Shown here: positions 12,322 to 21,254 of the stretch, in pieces | Position numbering within the stretch: position 1 is the stretch's first letter | Layout of the letters: each line of letters begins with the position of its first letter | NCBI GenBank assembly: GCA_001189195.1 | Contig: LFCQ01000003.1 | Coordinates: 71,059-135,058, forward strand | Reading direction: 5' to 3' | Length of the DNA stretch: 64,000 nt | Origin: Parcubacteria bacterium C7867-007 | GTDB lineage: Bacteria; Patescibacteriota; Minisyncoccia; Phycocordibacterales; Phycocordibacteraceae | The notes under the pieces: generated by a model | What the model was told of the DNA's origin: nothing | Seen by the model: the letters and a program-made list of their open reading frames with translations, nothing else | Databases searched by the model: none | Made by a program: the position numbers and the translations under genes

Positions 12322-12354
12322 GCTTTTATTACCATTTTTAGCTAGGGTATCTAT

Positions 12355-13449
12355 ATGAAGATCGGTATCGTAGGGCTTCCGAATGTTGGGAAGTCCACTC
12401 TATTTAATGCGCTCACCAAGGCGAGTGTTCCTGCAGAGAACTATCCGTTCTGCACCATAGACCCATCTGTGGGTGTAGTGGGGGTACCGGACGAACGTCT
12501 AGACAAGCTTTCAACACTATCAAACTCAGAGAAGACTATTCCTGCAGCTATTGAATTCGTTGACATAGCCGGACTCGTTCAAGGCGCTTCAACAGGTGAA
12601 GGTCTCGGGAACCAGTTCCTTTCTCATATCCGTGAAGTGGATGCCATTCTTGAAATGGTTCGCTTCTTTGATGATCCAGACGTTATCCATGTACATGGGG
12701 AGGTTGATCCTGTACGAGACATTGAGGTTATCAACCTTGAGCTTATCCTTGCAGACCAACAGAGTGTCTCTGGTCGTCGTGAGCGACTAACCGGAGATGT
12801 GCGTGCACAGAAGAAAGATGCTGTGGCAGAGGAAGCAGTTCTTGCAAAGATTGAGCAGCAACTCCTTAAGGGACTCTTTGCTCGCAGTGCTGAACTAACA
12901 CCGGAAGAAGCAAAGATCGTTAAGGGTTTGAACCTCCTCACCATGAAGCCAATCCTTTATGCACTTAATGGAAAGTCTGGCGGCCACAATCTTGATGAGC
13001 TTAATGATGGACGTTCTCGTGCTGCGTTTGAACTCATAGAGTCTCTTGGTTCAACGTACGTACAAGTGGACGCAGTGACCGAGCATGAGCTAAACGATGT
13101 TGCGGAAGAAGATAAGCATATGTTCCGTTCAGAGCTTGGAGTCTCTGTTGATGGCCTTGAGGCACTTATACGTGGTGCATACAACGCTCTTGGCCTCATC
13201 ACCTTCTTCACCACAGGACCAAAGGAGTCTCGTGCATGGACTATTCCTAATGGAGCAACTGCGCCAGAAGCAGGAGCTGCTATACATACTGATTTTAAGG
13301 ATAAGTTTATTCGTGCTGAAGTGGTGGCGTCAGACACTCTCCTTCAGGATGGATCGTGGAGTGCATCACGCGATAAGGGAAACCTTAAGACTGAAGGAAA
13401 GACATACGTGGTGAAGGATGGAGATGTGATGGTGTTTCTGCATAGTTAG
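12355..13449 (+). CDS. ychF: Redox-regulated ATPase YchF
   Basis: GIVGLPNVGKSTLFN, NYPFCTIDP, DIAGLV, TGS domain. Confidence 0.98.
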   Translation: MKIGIVGLPNVGKSTLFNALTKASVPAENYPFCTIDPSVGVVGVPDERLDKLSTLSNSEKTIPAAIEFVDIAGLVQGASTGEGLGNQFLSHIREVDAILEMVRFFDDPDVIHVHGEVDPVRDIEVINLELILADQQSVSGRRERLTGDVRAQKKDAVAEEAVLAKIEQQLLKGLFARSAELTPEEAKIVKGLNLLTMKPILYALNGKSGGHNLDELNDGRSRAAFELIESLGSTYVQVDAVTEHELNDVAEEDKHMFRSELGVSVDGLEALIRGAYNALGLITFFTTGPKESRAWTIPNGATAPEAGAAIHTDFKDKFIRAEVVASDTLLQDGSWSASRDKGNLKTEGKTYVVKDGDVMVFLHS

Positions 13450-13450
13450 A

Positions 13451-13475
13451 AGGTTCGAATCCTAGTCTCCCAGCA
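13451..13475 (+). repeat. Orphan tRNA-Gln-like 3' fragment (T-loop + acceptor strand); first site of cassette array 1
   Basis: AGGTTCGAATCCTAGTCTCCCAGCA; no D-arm or anticodon arm upstream (ychF coding sequence instead). Confidence 0.75.
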
Positions 13476-13566
13476 GTCTAGTTTAGTATCGAAGGACCCA
13501 GAGGGGTCAGATACTAGAAAGATAACTATTCCGTCATTGCATACCTGCTGAGAGCAGTATCCAGAA

Positions 13567-13600
13567 CAAAAAGCCACCGGTAACTCGGTGGCTTTTTGTA
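13567..13600. terminator. Bidirectional intrinsic terminator
   Basis: ACAAAAAGCCACCG-GTAACT-CGGTGGCTTTTTGT. Confidence 0.85.
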
Positions 13601-13640
13601 TCAACGCTTCGCTTTGTCCTTTTCCCTGATTTTTAAGCAA

Positions 13641-13668
13641 AGTTCCCACGTTGTACCAACCCCCCAGC
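13641..13668 (+). repeat. 28-bp cassette-boundary repeat R1
   Basis: AGTTCCCACGT-TGTACC-AACCCCCCAGC; aligns with R2-R7. Confidence 0.75.
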
Positions 13669-13733
13669 AATTGACTTTTATATATATTGTGCTATTTTAA
13701 ATACGAACCAGTTCTAACAAAAAGGAGGCAGAG

Positions 13734-14099
13734 ATGCCGCATGTAATCGTTCACTTCGATCCGAAACGTGTTCTCCAGTCCGTCATCGACGAGCTCAAGC
13801 CTCCGCTTCAGCAGATCGTAGCCGATGGCCTGAGTTATACCTCGTCCGACCACAAGGACGTCCGCGTCGATCCAAAGGAGGTCTATGTTCGGCAGCAGGC
13901 GGCACACCCAACCGATGTGAATCCTGCGGCGATCGAGATCGAAATCCAGGCGGGGAAGAAGAGGGAGCGCAATCCCGAGGGCATGGTCGTGCTCATGTCC
14001 AGGAAGATCATCGAGAGCGAGATCATTCCGAAGGATATGGCCGATCTGTGCATCTGGCTCCGCTTCTCCGAAGACAACGCCTTCAAGAACATCTACTGA
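13734..14099 (+). CDS. GC-rich hypothetical protein, possible tautomerase/MIF superfamily
   Basis: Starts M-P-H-V-I-V (Pro1), ~120 aa; promoter TTGACT-16-TATTTT, SD AGGAGG, terminator GCCACCC..GGGTGGT-TTTCTTTT; flanked by R1 and R2. Confidence 0.7.
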   Translation: MPHVIVHFDPKRVLQSVIDELKPPLQQIVADGLSYTSSDHKDVRVDPKEVYVRQQAAHPTDVNPAAIEIEIQAGKKRERNPEGMVVLMSRKIIESEIIPKDMADLCIWLRFSEDNAFKNIY

Positions 14100-14156
14100 C
14101 GCTGATCGCGTCGACCGACGCCACCCCGGTATATGGGTGGTTTTCTTTTATATAAA

Positions 14157-14184
14157 AGTTCCCACGTCGTACCAGACAGCCAGA
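14157..14184 (+). repeat. 28-bp cassette-boundary repeat R2
   Basis: AGTTCCCACGT-CGTACC-AGACAGCCAGA. Confidence 0.8.
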
Positions 14185-14204
14185 AATAGGGTACTATTTC
14201 TGGA

Positions 14205-14741
14205 ATGATCAGCAATCCTCTCTCTGGAAGAACGCAGGGATACCATCTGTTCTTGGTACCAAATGAAGAGGCGTCTCAGAAGTTCTTTAGCATTATCAAC
14301 TCAATTGCTAGTACTTATCAAAGCCCCACTTTCCCTCCCCATGTAACACTTCTTTCTAATATCTCGGGTGATGAAAAAGAATTGTGTACACAAGCACAAA
14401 AACTTGCTCTCAAGCTTGCACCCCAGATTCTAACCGTCAGTGGGGTGTCCACTGAAGATAGTTTCTTTCGCGCACTCTATCTAAAGGTTCAAGAGATAGT
14501 TCCATTAACTGAAATGCACAAGAATGCATCTGCCACATTTGCTATGCCAGTAGCAGAGTACACCCCGCACCTAAGTCTGCTCTACGGAACGTATCCGGAG
14601 GACACCAAGCAGGAAACAGTGCGTCTCGTGTCTCCACTTCAGGGGTTTGAGTTTGTTCTCTCAACACTTGCCCTGTATCGAACAGAAGGGGAAGTTACCG
14701 AATGGGAAAAGATCGCTTCGTTTCCCTTAGGAACTTCATAG
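14205..14741 (+). CDS. 2H phosphoesterase (cyclic phosphodiesterase / 2'-5' RNA ligase family)
   Basis: Two HxT/S motifs: PHVTL and PHLSL. Confidence 0.88.
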   Translation: MISNPLSGRTQGYHLFLVPNEEASQKFFSIINSIASTYQSPTFPPHVTLLSNISGDEKELCTQAQKLALKLAPQILTVSGVSTEDSFFRALYLKVQEIVPLTEMHKNASATFAMPVAEYTPHLSLLYGTYPEDTKQETVRLVSPLQGFEFVLSTLALYRTEGEVTEWEKIASFPLGTS

Positions 14742-14755
14742 TATACTGGCGGGAT

Positions 14756-15742
14756 ATGGAACATACACCCACAGCACCTGCACCGGCTTCAGCCACCTCA
14801 CGAACATCGCCCAAGGACTTCTTCCTGTGGCTCGGGGTTATTGTTGCTCTTTATAGCAGCATCACGGCAATCATCACCCTGCTCTTTCAGTACATAAATT
14901 ATGCATTCCCCGATGACCTAGCAGGATTCAGTGATCCATACGGTGCACCAGTGCGCATTGCAATGGCTACTGTGGTGGTGATGGTCCCAACCATGGTGGT
15001 ACTGCTTCGTATCATTCGCGGCACTATTGAAAAGGAACCGGGAAAAGCAAACATCTGGGTGCGTCGTTGGGCATTGGGGCTCACTCTCTTCATTGCAACT
15101 ATTACCGTCCTCATTGACCTCATCACCCTTATCAATACCTTCCTAGGTGGTGAGATCACTCCACGCTTTGGTCTCAAGGTGTTGATGGTGCTTCTTGTGG
15201 CTGTTGGCGTATTCCTTCATTTCCTTGCGGACATGGCAGGGTATTGGATCGCTAACTCGAAGAAGGCAACCTATGTTGGTATTGGTGTATGTGTACTAGC
15301 CGTGGTGGTTATTGTTTCTGGCTTCTTCGTTATTGGATCTCCTCAGAAGATACGCATGCTCCGCTATGATGCTCAGAAAGTGAGTGATTTGTATTCTCTA
15401 CAGAATCAGATATTAAACTACTGGCAGGTGAAGCAAGTTCTTCCTGCAGATCTTAATAGCACCGTTGATACATTCTCATACCAGTCTGTTCCTATGGACC
15501 CCCAGAGCAAGCAACCATACGGATATACGGTAACGGGTCCCCTTAGTTTTGAAATCTGTGCAGACTTCAATCTCCCATCACCAGACACTGCTAATCGTGG
15601 TGAATTCTTTGGCGGAGAAACCATGTACTACGGCAGCGTTGATGGGAAGTTTGAAAGTTGGGAACACGGCGTTGGAAACACCTGTTTTACTCGCACCATT
15701 GACCCAGACCGCTATCCTGTAGGTGCTCCGAAGCCGATCTAG
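14756..15742 (+). CDS. DUF5671-like multi-pass membrane protein
   Basis: Five TM segments plus pilin-like RxxD..K.SDL..Q..I..Y C-terminal domain; leaderless start at 14756. Confidence 0.7.
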   Translation: MEHTPTAPAPASATSRTSPKDFFLWLGVIVALYSSITAIITLLFQYINYAFPDDLAGFSDPYGAPVRIAMATVVVMVPTMVVLLRIIRGTIEKEPGKANIWVRRWALGLTLFIATITVLIDLITLINTFLGGEITPRFGLKVLMVLLVAVGVFLHFLADMAGYWIANSKKATYVGIGVCVLAVVVIVSGFFVIGSPQKIRMLRYDAQKVSDLYSLQNQILNYWQVKQVLPADLNSTVDTFSYQSVPMDPQSKQPYGYTVTGPLSFEICADFNLPSPDTANRGEFFGGETMYYGSVDGKFESWEHGVGNTCFTRTIDPDRYPVGAPKPI

Positions 15743-15780
15743 TGATACAGTTCGGATGAATACGGGCGCACGATATACCT

Positions 15781-18669
15781 ATGGCAAAGAACCGTTTCGA
15801 TCATACAGAAATAGAGAAGAAAGCTCAGGAGAAATGGGCTGCGCTTGATCTGCATCAAACGGATCTCACAGATACCGAGAAGGATCCATACTATCTAATG
15901 TTTGAGTTCCCGTTTCCTTCGGGAGACCTCCATATAGGGCACTGGTATGCCTTTGCCCTCACAGACATTTATGCACGGTTCCTTCGCATGGCAGGGAAGA
16001 ACGTGCTTTTCCCTGTTGGTTTTGACTCCTTTGGTCTTCCTGCCGAGAACGCCGCAATGAAGAACGGGCAACCAACGCCCGAGTGGACGTACGCCGCTAT
16101 TGAGAAGATGCGTGGCCAGATGCGTTCTATGGGAACATCGGTAGATTGGAGCAAAGAGGTTATCACCTCAGACCCCGAATACTATAAGTGGACACAGTGG
16201 TTGTTCCTTAAACTCTTTGAGCATGGTCTTGCACAACACCGAGAAGCACCTGTTAAATGGTGTCCAAAAGATGCCACCGTACTTGCCAATGAACAGGTGA
16301 TTGATGGGAAGTGTGAGCGTTGCGGTACCGATGTTGAAGAGAAACACCTCACCCAGTGGTTCCTTAAGATCACTGATTATGCAGAGCGTCTCCTCACCGA
16401 TCTTGATCCACTTCCATGGCGTGAAGATATTAAAGAATCACAGCGTGCATGGATAGGGAAGTCAGAGGGAGCAAAGCTCAAGTTCCAGGTGGTGAGTGCA
16501 AAAGACGCATCAACACCCAATGATTCCGTAGCTATAGAAGTCTTCACAACACGTCCAGACACCATCTTCGGTGTTACGTATGTCGTACTCGCTCCTGAGC
16601 ACCCACTTATCGATACCCTTGAACCAGTTATTGCCAATGGTGAAGCGGTTGCTGAGTATCGTCAAACAACCTCGCGCAAGAGTGAGCGTGAACGCTCGGA
16701 GAACAAAGATAAGACTGGTGTACTCCTTGAAGGGGTTATGGCCATTAATCCTGCAACACACAAGGAGATTCCTGTATATGTAGCGGATTACGTACTTGCT
16801 TCATACGGTACCGGTGCCGTTATGGCAGTACCTGCGCATGACGAGCGTGATTTTGTATTTGCAAAGAAGTTCAACCTTCCAATCAAATACGTTATTGATC
16901 CAGTCACGGGATCTCCACAGGAGAATCCCCAAGATAAGCAGAAGATTGTAGCTATCGTTGAGCACGACAACAAAATCCTCACCATTCACTGGAAACCTGA
17001 ACTAGGGGGTCGTTTATTTGTTGGTGGTACCGCAGAAGAAGGTGAAGATCCTGTAGTAACTGCAATGCGTGAAATTGCTGAAGAAACCGGTTATACCGAT
17101 CTTGAGCTTATTGAACGTGCTGAGGAGCAAGTACATCACGAGTACTTTGCACACTCCAAGAACAAGGCATTTATCGCGCACACCACACTCCTTCATTTCC
17201 GCTTAAAGAGTGATGCACAGCAACCAACAGCTCTTGAAGATAATGAGATTGGAAAGTTTGAAGTTGAGTGGGTGACACGTGAGCAAGCCATAAAGGAAGT
17301 GAAGGATCCACTCCATCTCTACGCATTTAATAAGTTCGCTATGGGTATGTGCTACACCGGGGACGGTACCCTTTCAAACTCGGGAACCTTCAACGGACGC
17401 GATAACCGCGAAGTGATGGGAGAAATTGTTGAAGCAGTGGGTGGTGAGGTGACGACTAACTATCGTATACGAGATTGGCTTGTATCACGTCAGCGATACT
17501 GGGGCTGTCCAATACCGATCGTCTATGACCCTGAAGGGAATCCGCATGCGGTTCCCGCAGAACATCTCCCTTGGACCCTTCCAACCGATGTTGATTCCGG
17601 TTCAGGAAAGGGAGAGTCTCCACTTAAAGCATCAAAAGAACTTCAAGCACGTGTAGAGCAGATCTTCGGAGAAGGATGGACCCCAGAATGCGACACACTC
17701 GATGTGTTCGTAGATTCTTCATGGTACTTCCTGCGATACCTTGATCCCAAGGATGAGCATGACTTCTCAGACCAGGCACTTATGAAGAAGTGGTTGCCGG
17801 TGAATCGATACTCTGGTGGTAGCGAGCACACCACCGTGCACCTTCTCTATGCCCGTTTCTTCTACAAAGCGCTCTATGACCTCGGACTCGTTCCAACCTC
17901 TGAGCCATTCTATGAGCGATACAACCGTGGACTCGTACTAGACTCCGAAGGACGCAAGATGAGCAAGCGATGGGGCAACGTGGTGAACCCCGATGACATG
18001 GTGAAGCTCTATGGAGCAGATGCGGTGCGTATGTACCTCGCATTCATGGGTCCATACAACGAAGCAGGTCATTACCCATGGAAACTCACGGGTGTGGAAG
18101 CTATGCGAAAGTTCCTAGATCGTATCGTAACCCTATCGGGTCGCCTTTCTGATGAAGAGCCGACTGAGAATACCCTTCGTGCTCTCGCAAAGGCGGCAGA
18201 CAAGGTGGGCACAGACATTGTTCGCTTTAAGTACAACACAGCGATCTCTGCTCTTATGGTGCTTGTTAATGAACTTGAAACACTCACTGCTATACCTCGT
18301 ACTGCATACAGGGAGCTCATTACGATGCTCGCACCCTTCGCACCCCATGTATCAGAGTATTTGTATGAGAACAGCCTCCTCACGAGCTCTCACGCGGTAA
18401 ATGGTGATGAAGAGAGTGAAGTACCGAAGAGCGTACACCAGCTGGAGTGGCCAGTCATAGATGAATCCCTCCTCACCACTGAAACGATCATAATGGGAGT
18501 ACAGGTAGCGGGAAAACGACGGGGAGAAGTCTCTATTAGTCCCGAAGCAACCGAAGAAGAGGCTGTTGCAGCGGCACTTGCACAGCCAGATGTCCTCAAG
18601 TTCCTAGAAGGGGGTACACCAAGCAGGATTATCTACGTTCCAGGCCGTATCCTTAACCTAATACCCTAG
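15781..18669 (+). CDS. leuS: Leucine--tRNA ligase with inserted Nudix domain
   Basis: HIGH, FTTRPDT editing domain, SRQRYWG, KMSKR; Nudix box GTAEEGEDPVVTAMREIAEETGY. Confidence 0.98.
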   Translation: MAKNRFDHTEIEKKAQEKWAALDLHQTDLTDTEKDPYYLMFEFPFPSGDLHIGHWYAFALTDIYARFLRMAGKNVLFPVGFDSFGLPAENAAMKNGQPTPEWTYAAIEKMRGQMRSMGTSVDWSKEVITSDPEYYKWTQWLFLKLFEHGLAQHREAPVKWCPKDATVLANEQVIDGKCERCGTDVEEKHLTQWFLKITDYAERLLTDLDPLPWREDIKESQRAWIGKSEGAKLKFQVVSAKDASTPNDSVAIEVFTTRPDTIFGVTYVVLAPEHPLIDTLEPVIANGEAVAEYRQTTSRKSERERSENKDKTGVLLEGVMAINPATHKEIPVYVADYVLASYGTGAVMAVPAHDERDFVFAKKFNLPIKYVIDPVTGSPQENPQDKQKIVAIVEHDNKILTIHWKPELGGRLFVGGTAEEGEDPVVTAMREIAEETGYTDLELIERAEEQVHHEYFAHSKNKAFIAHTTLLHFRLKSDAQQPTALEDNEIGKFEVEWVTREQAIKEVKDPLHLYAFNKFAMGMCYTGDGTLSNSGTFNGRDNREVMGEIVEAVGGEVTTNYRIRDWLVSRQRYWGCPIPIVYDPEGNPHAVPAEHLPWTLPTDVDSGSGKGESPLKASKELQARVEQIFGEGWTPECDTLDVFVDSSWYFLRYLDPKDEHDFSDQALMKKWLPVNRYSGGSEHTTVHLLYARFFYKALYDLGLVPTSEPFYERYNRGLVLDSEGRKMSKRWGNVVNPDDMVKLYGADAVRMYLAFMGPYNEAGHYPWKLTGVEAMRKFLDRIVTLSGRLSDEEPTENTLRALAKAADKVGTDIVRFKYNTAISALMVLVNELETLTAIPRTAYRELITMLAPFAPHVSEYLYENSLLTSSHAVNGDEESEVPKSVHQLEWPVIDESLLTTETIIMGVQVAGKRRGEVSISPEATEEEAVAAALAQPDVLKFLEGGTPSRIIYVPGRILNLIP

Positions 18670-18829
18670 ACATTTGGTATAAATATAGTGTTATGAATAG
18701 AGATTATATGGCCTAGATAAGCCATATTTATGTGCCCTTCACCTGTTTTGCTGATGAAAATCGCTTGACAGATGGGGGCTGGACTGATAGTCTATAGGGG
18801 TAAAGACGGCGTAAGCCGTTTTTGCATTT

Positions 18830-19444
18830 ATGCCTTTTCTGATATCAACCCTGGTGGGTCTTATGGTTCTTCCAGCAGGTATCACCAGCACGATTCCAAC
18901 GGAGTCTGCAGTAGCAACTACCACGGTAGCAGCAGCTGTAGCACCCGCAAGTTTCAAGCTTGTGACACCTGGTACGAAGGAAGCGGAAACGCCTCTAACA
19001 ACCAAGCTCACCGCATATAACGCCGTGCCTGCACAAACTGATAGTAATCCCTTTGTGACGGCAAGCGGCTCGTTCTCAAACCCTGAAGTGGTTGCTGCAC
19101 GTTCTAACGACCTCGCGAAGGTTCTTCCTTTCGGAACAATCATCTCGATTGAACGCTCTTATGCCGACACTCCTGCTTGTAACTACAGCAAGGTGTCCCA
19201 TCAGATCGGTTATCGAGTTATCGCGGACGCTATGAACCCACGCATCATAAACACAGTCGACGTCCTTCTCGATGAGAATGACACGGTTGTGGTCCACGGA
19301 AGGACGGTTAATCCAGGTATTGCACTTGGACGATGTGGAGAAGTAACGGTTCGTGTAGTTGGCCATATTGGTGTTAAGGATATTCCTAAAACCCAGGCTG
19401 AACTCGCGTCATACGTTGCTCCCTCTGCACTCGCAGCCCGATAA
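18830..19444 (+). CDS. 3D-domain (Asp-Asp-Asp) cell-wall lytic protein
   Basis: TAYNA...QTD..P..TASG, VAA, LPFGT, IAD, VDV motifs; signal/TM at the N-terminus. Confidence 0.8.
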   Translation: MPFLISTLVGLMVLPAGITSTIPTESAVATTTVAAAVAPASFKLVTPGTKEAETPLTTKLTAYNAVPAQTDSNPFVTASGSFSNPEVVAARSNDLAKVLPFGTIISIERSYADTPACNYSKVSHQIGYRVIADAMNPRIINTVDVLLDENDTVVVHGRTVNPGIALGRCGEVTVRVVGHIGVKDIPKTQAELASYVAPSALAAR

Positions 19445-19456
19445 TTTCACGACACG

Positions 19457-19500
19457 AAATAAAGCACACTCGGCAGCAATGCCGGGCGTGCTTTATTTTT
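19457..19500 (+). terminator. Intrinsic terminator
   Basis: AAATAAAGCAC..CGGCA-GCAA-TGCCG..GTGCTTTATTTTT. Confidence 0.75.
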
Positions 19501-19572
19501 ATTCAAATCCTTCATGAAGCTCCGTAAGGAAGTATGGGCAAACCCGTCTACTTAAAATATACTTCCATTGAT

Positions 19573-20799
19573 ATGAATAAACGCTCTTTCTTTTCCCTTC
19601 TAGCACTTGTCGTGCTTCTAGGTACCTCAGCACCCACTGCATTTGCAGCTACCAAAACTTCCTCACTTGAGTTTTCAGGCTGGATTCCATACTGGCGAAC
19701 AGAGGCAGGTGTTGCAGACACCATCCCGCATCTCAAGCAGCTCACTGAAGTGAACCCATTTGGATACACGGTTAAGAGTGATGGAACGCTCAATGATGCT
19801 GCAAACATTAAGAGCGCAACCTGGCAGAAACTCTTTAAAGAAGCAAAGGCAAAGAAGGTGCGCGTGGTACCAACTGTCATGTGGAGTGACACCGCAGCGA
19901 TTCATACTGTCCTTTCAGACCCTAAACTCCGTGCAAAACACATAAAGTCTATCGTTAGTGTTGTTAAGGAAAACAACTTTGACGGTATCGATATCGACTA
20001 TGAGGGCAAGCTGGCTGAGGACAAGGATAACTATTCTGCATTCCTTAAGGAGCTCTCTGCTGAATTTGCAAAAGGAAAGGGAAATAAGTGGCTCATGTGT
20101 ACCATTGAAGCTCGCACTCCTCCTGATTCCCTGTACTCAAATCCATCAGTGGTAGATATTCAGTACGCGAATGATTTCGTGGCAATCAACAAGTACTGCG
20201 ATCGAGTACGCCTTATGACGTACGATCAACAGCGAGCGGACATTAAACTGAACGCAGCACACAAGGGTGAACTCTATGCTCCTATTGCAGATCCGGAATG
20301 GATCAAGAAGGTGGTGGCACTCACCACACAAACTATCGACAAGAAGAAACTCGTACTCGGCGTCGCAACATACGGGTATATCTATCAGGTTATGCCATTC
20401 ACCGATGGTAGCGGATATGGGTACACAAAGCTTGAGGCATTTAACCCTCGATACGGGGTTGAGACGGCTGCAGCAAACGGTATCACCCCAACCCGTAACG
20501 CAGCAGGTGAGCTTTCGTTCTCATATGTGCCAAAGACCACTGTTTCTTCCCTCCCTTCAAATAAAACTCTATCTGCACTAGCACCTAAGGGAACCACCTC
20601 TGCAAACCTTGCAGCAGCAGGGGCTCTTGCACTAGCAAAGACAAAGGGGAAGCAAGCACCAGTGCAACTCGTGTGGTGGAGTGACGCACAGGCAATAAAA
20701 GAGAAGGTTGCCCTTGCACGGAAGCTTGGCCTTAAGGGTGTGGCCGTATTTAAGTTTGATGGTGGCCAAGATCCACAGATGTGGAGCGTACTGAAATAG
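19573..20799 (+). CDS. Secreted glycoside hydrolase family 18 protein
   Basis: Signal peptide, FDGIDIDYE catalytic motif, LMTYD. Confidence 0.9.
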   Translation: MNKRSFFSLLALVVLLGTSAPTAFAATKTSSLEFSGWIPYWRTEAGVADTIPHLKQLTEVNPFGYTVKSDGTLNDAANIKSATWQKLFKEAKAKKVRVVPTVMWSDTAAIHTVLSDPKLRAKHIKSIVSVVKENNFDGIDIDYEGKLAEDKDNYSAFLKELSAEFAKGKGNKWLMCTIEARTPPDSLYSNPSVVDIQYANDFVAINKYCDRVRLMTYDQQRADIKLNAAHKGELYAPIADPEWIKKVVALTTQTIDKKKLVLGVATYGYIYQVMPFTDGSGYGYTKLEAFNPRYGVETAAANGITPTRNAAGELSFSYVPKTTVSSLPSNKTLSALAPKGTTSANLAAAGALALAKTKGKQAPVQLVWWSDAQAIKEKVALARKLGLKGVAVFKFDGGQDPQMWSVLK

Positions 20800-20813
20800 G
20801 GTAAGCTGTTCTG

Positions 20814-21254
20814 ATGGCTACCAGAAGGAAATACATTCCGGGCGACTTTATTCTTACCCCCAAGCGCTCAAGCGCGGGTATTGGACTCTTTGCAGGACAG
20901 GACATACCAAAGGACGCATGCGTCATTGAATACGTAGGGCGTGAAGTACCTGAAGCAGAACAATACACCAACAATAGTCGATACCTCTTCGGTATTGGTT
21001 CTAAACGCATGGTTGATGGCAAACCCAAAATCAACAAGGCTGGATATATCAATCACTCGTGTGCACCAAATAGTGAGCCCATCATCCACAAGGGCCGTAT
21101 CTTTATCTTTTCAAAGAAAGCAATCAAGGCGGGGGATGAACTCACCTATGACTACGGTGCTGAATACTTTAATGACATCATTATTGGTGATGGTGGTTGC
21201 AAGTGTGCAAAGTGTGCCGTTACCGGCAAAGGTCAGAAGAAACGACGCGCTTAA
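20814..21254 (+). CDS. SET-domain protein-lysine methyltransferase
   Basis: GIGLFA, IEYVG, YINHSCAPN, ELTYDYG, post-SET CKCAKC. Confidence 0.92.
   Translation: MATRRKYIPGDFILTPKRSSAGIGLFAGQDIPKDACVIEYVGREVPEAEQYTNNSRYLFGIGSKRMVDGKPKINKAGYINHSCAPNSEPIIHKGRIFIFSKKAIKAGDELTYDYGAEYFNDIIIGDGGCKCAKCAVTGKGQKKRRA

Noticed and set aside
13400-13475. Complete or split tRNA-Gln gene
   Set aside because: Upstream sequence is ychF coding DNA with no D-arm or anticodon arm; the same holds at 47665; no matching 5' half seen in the window
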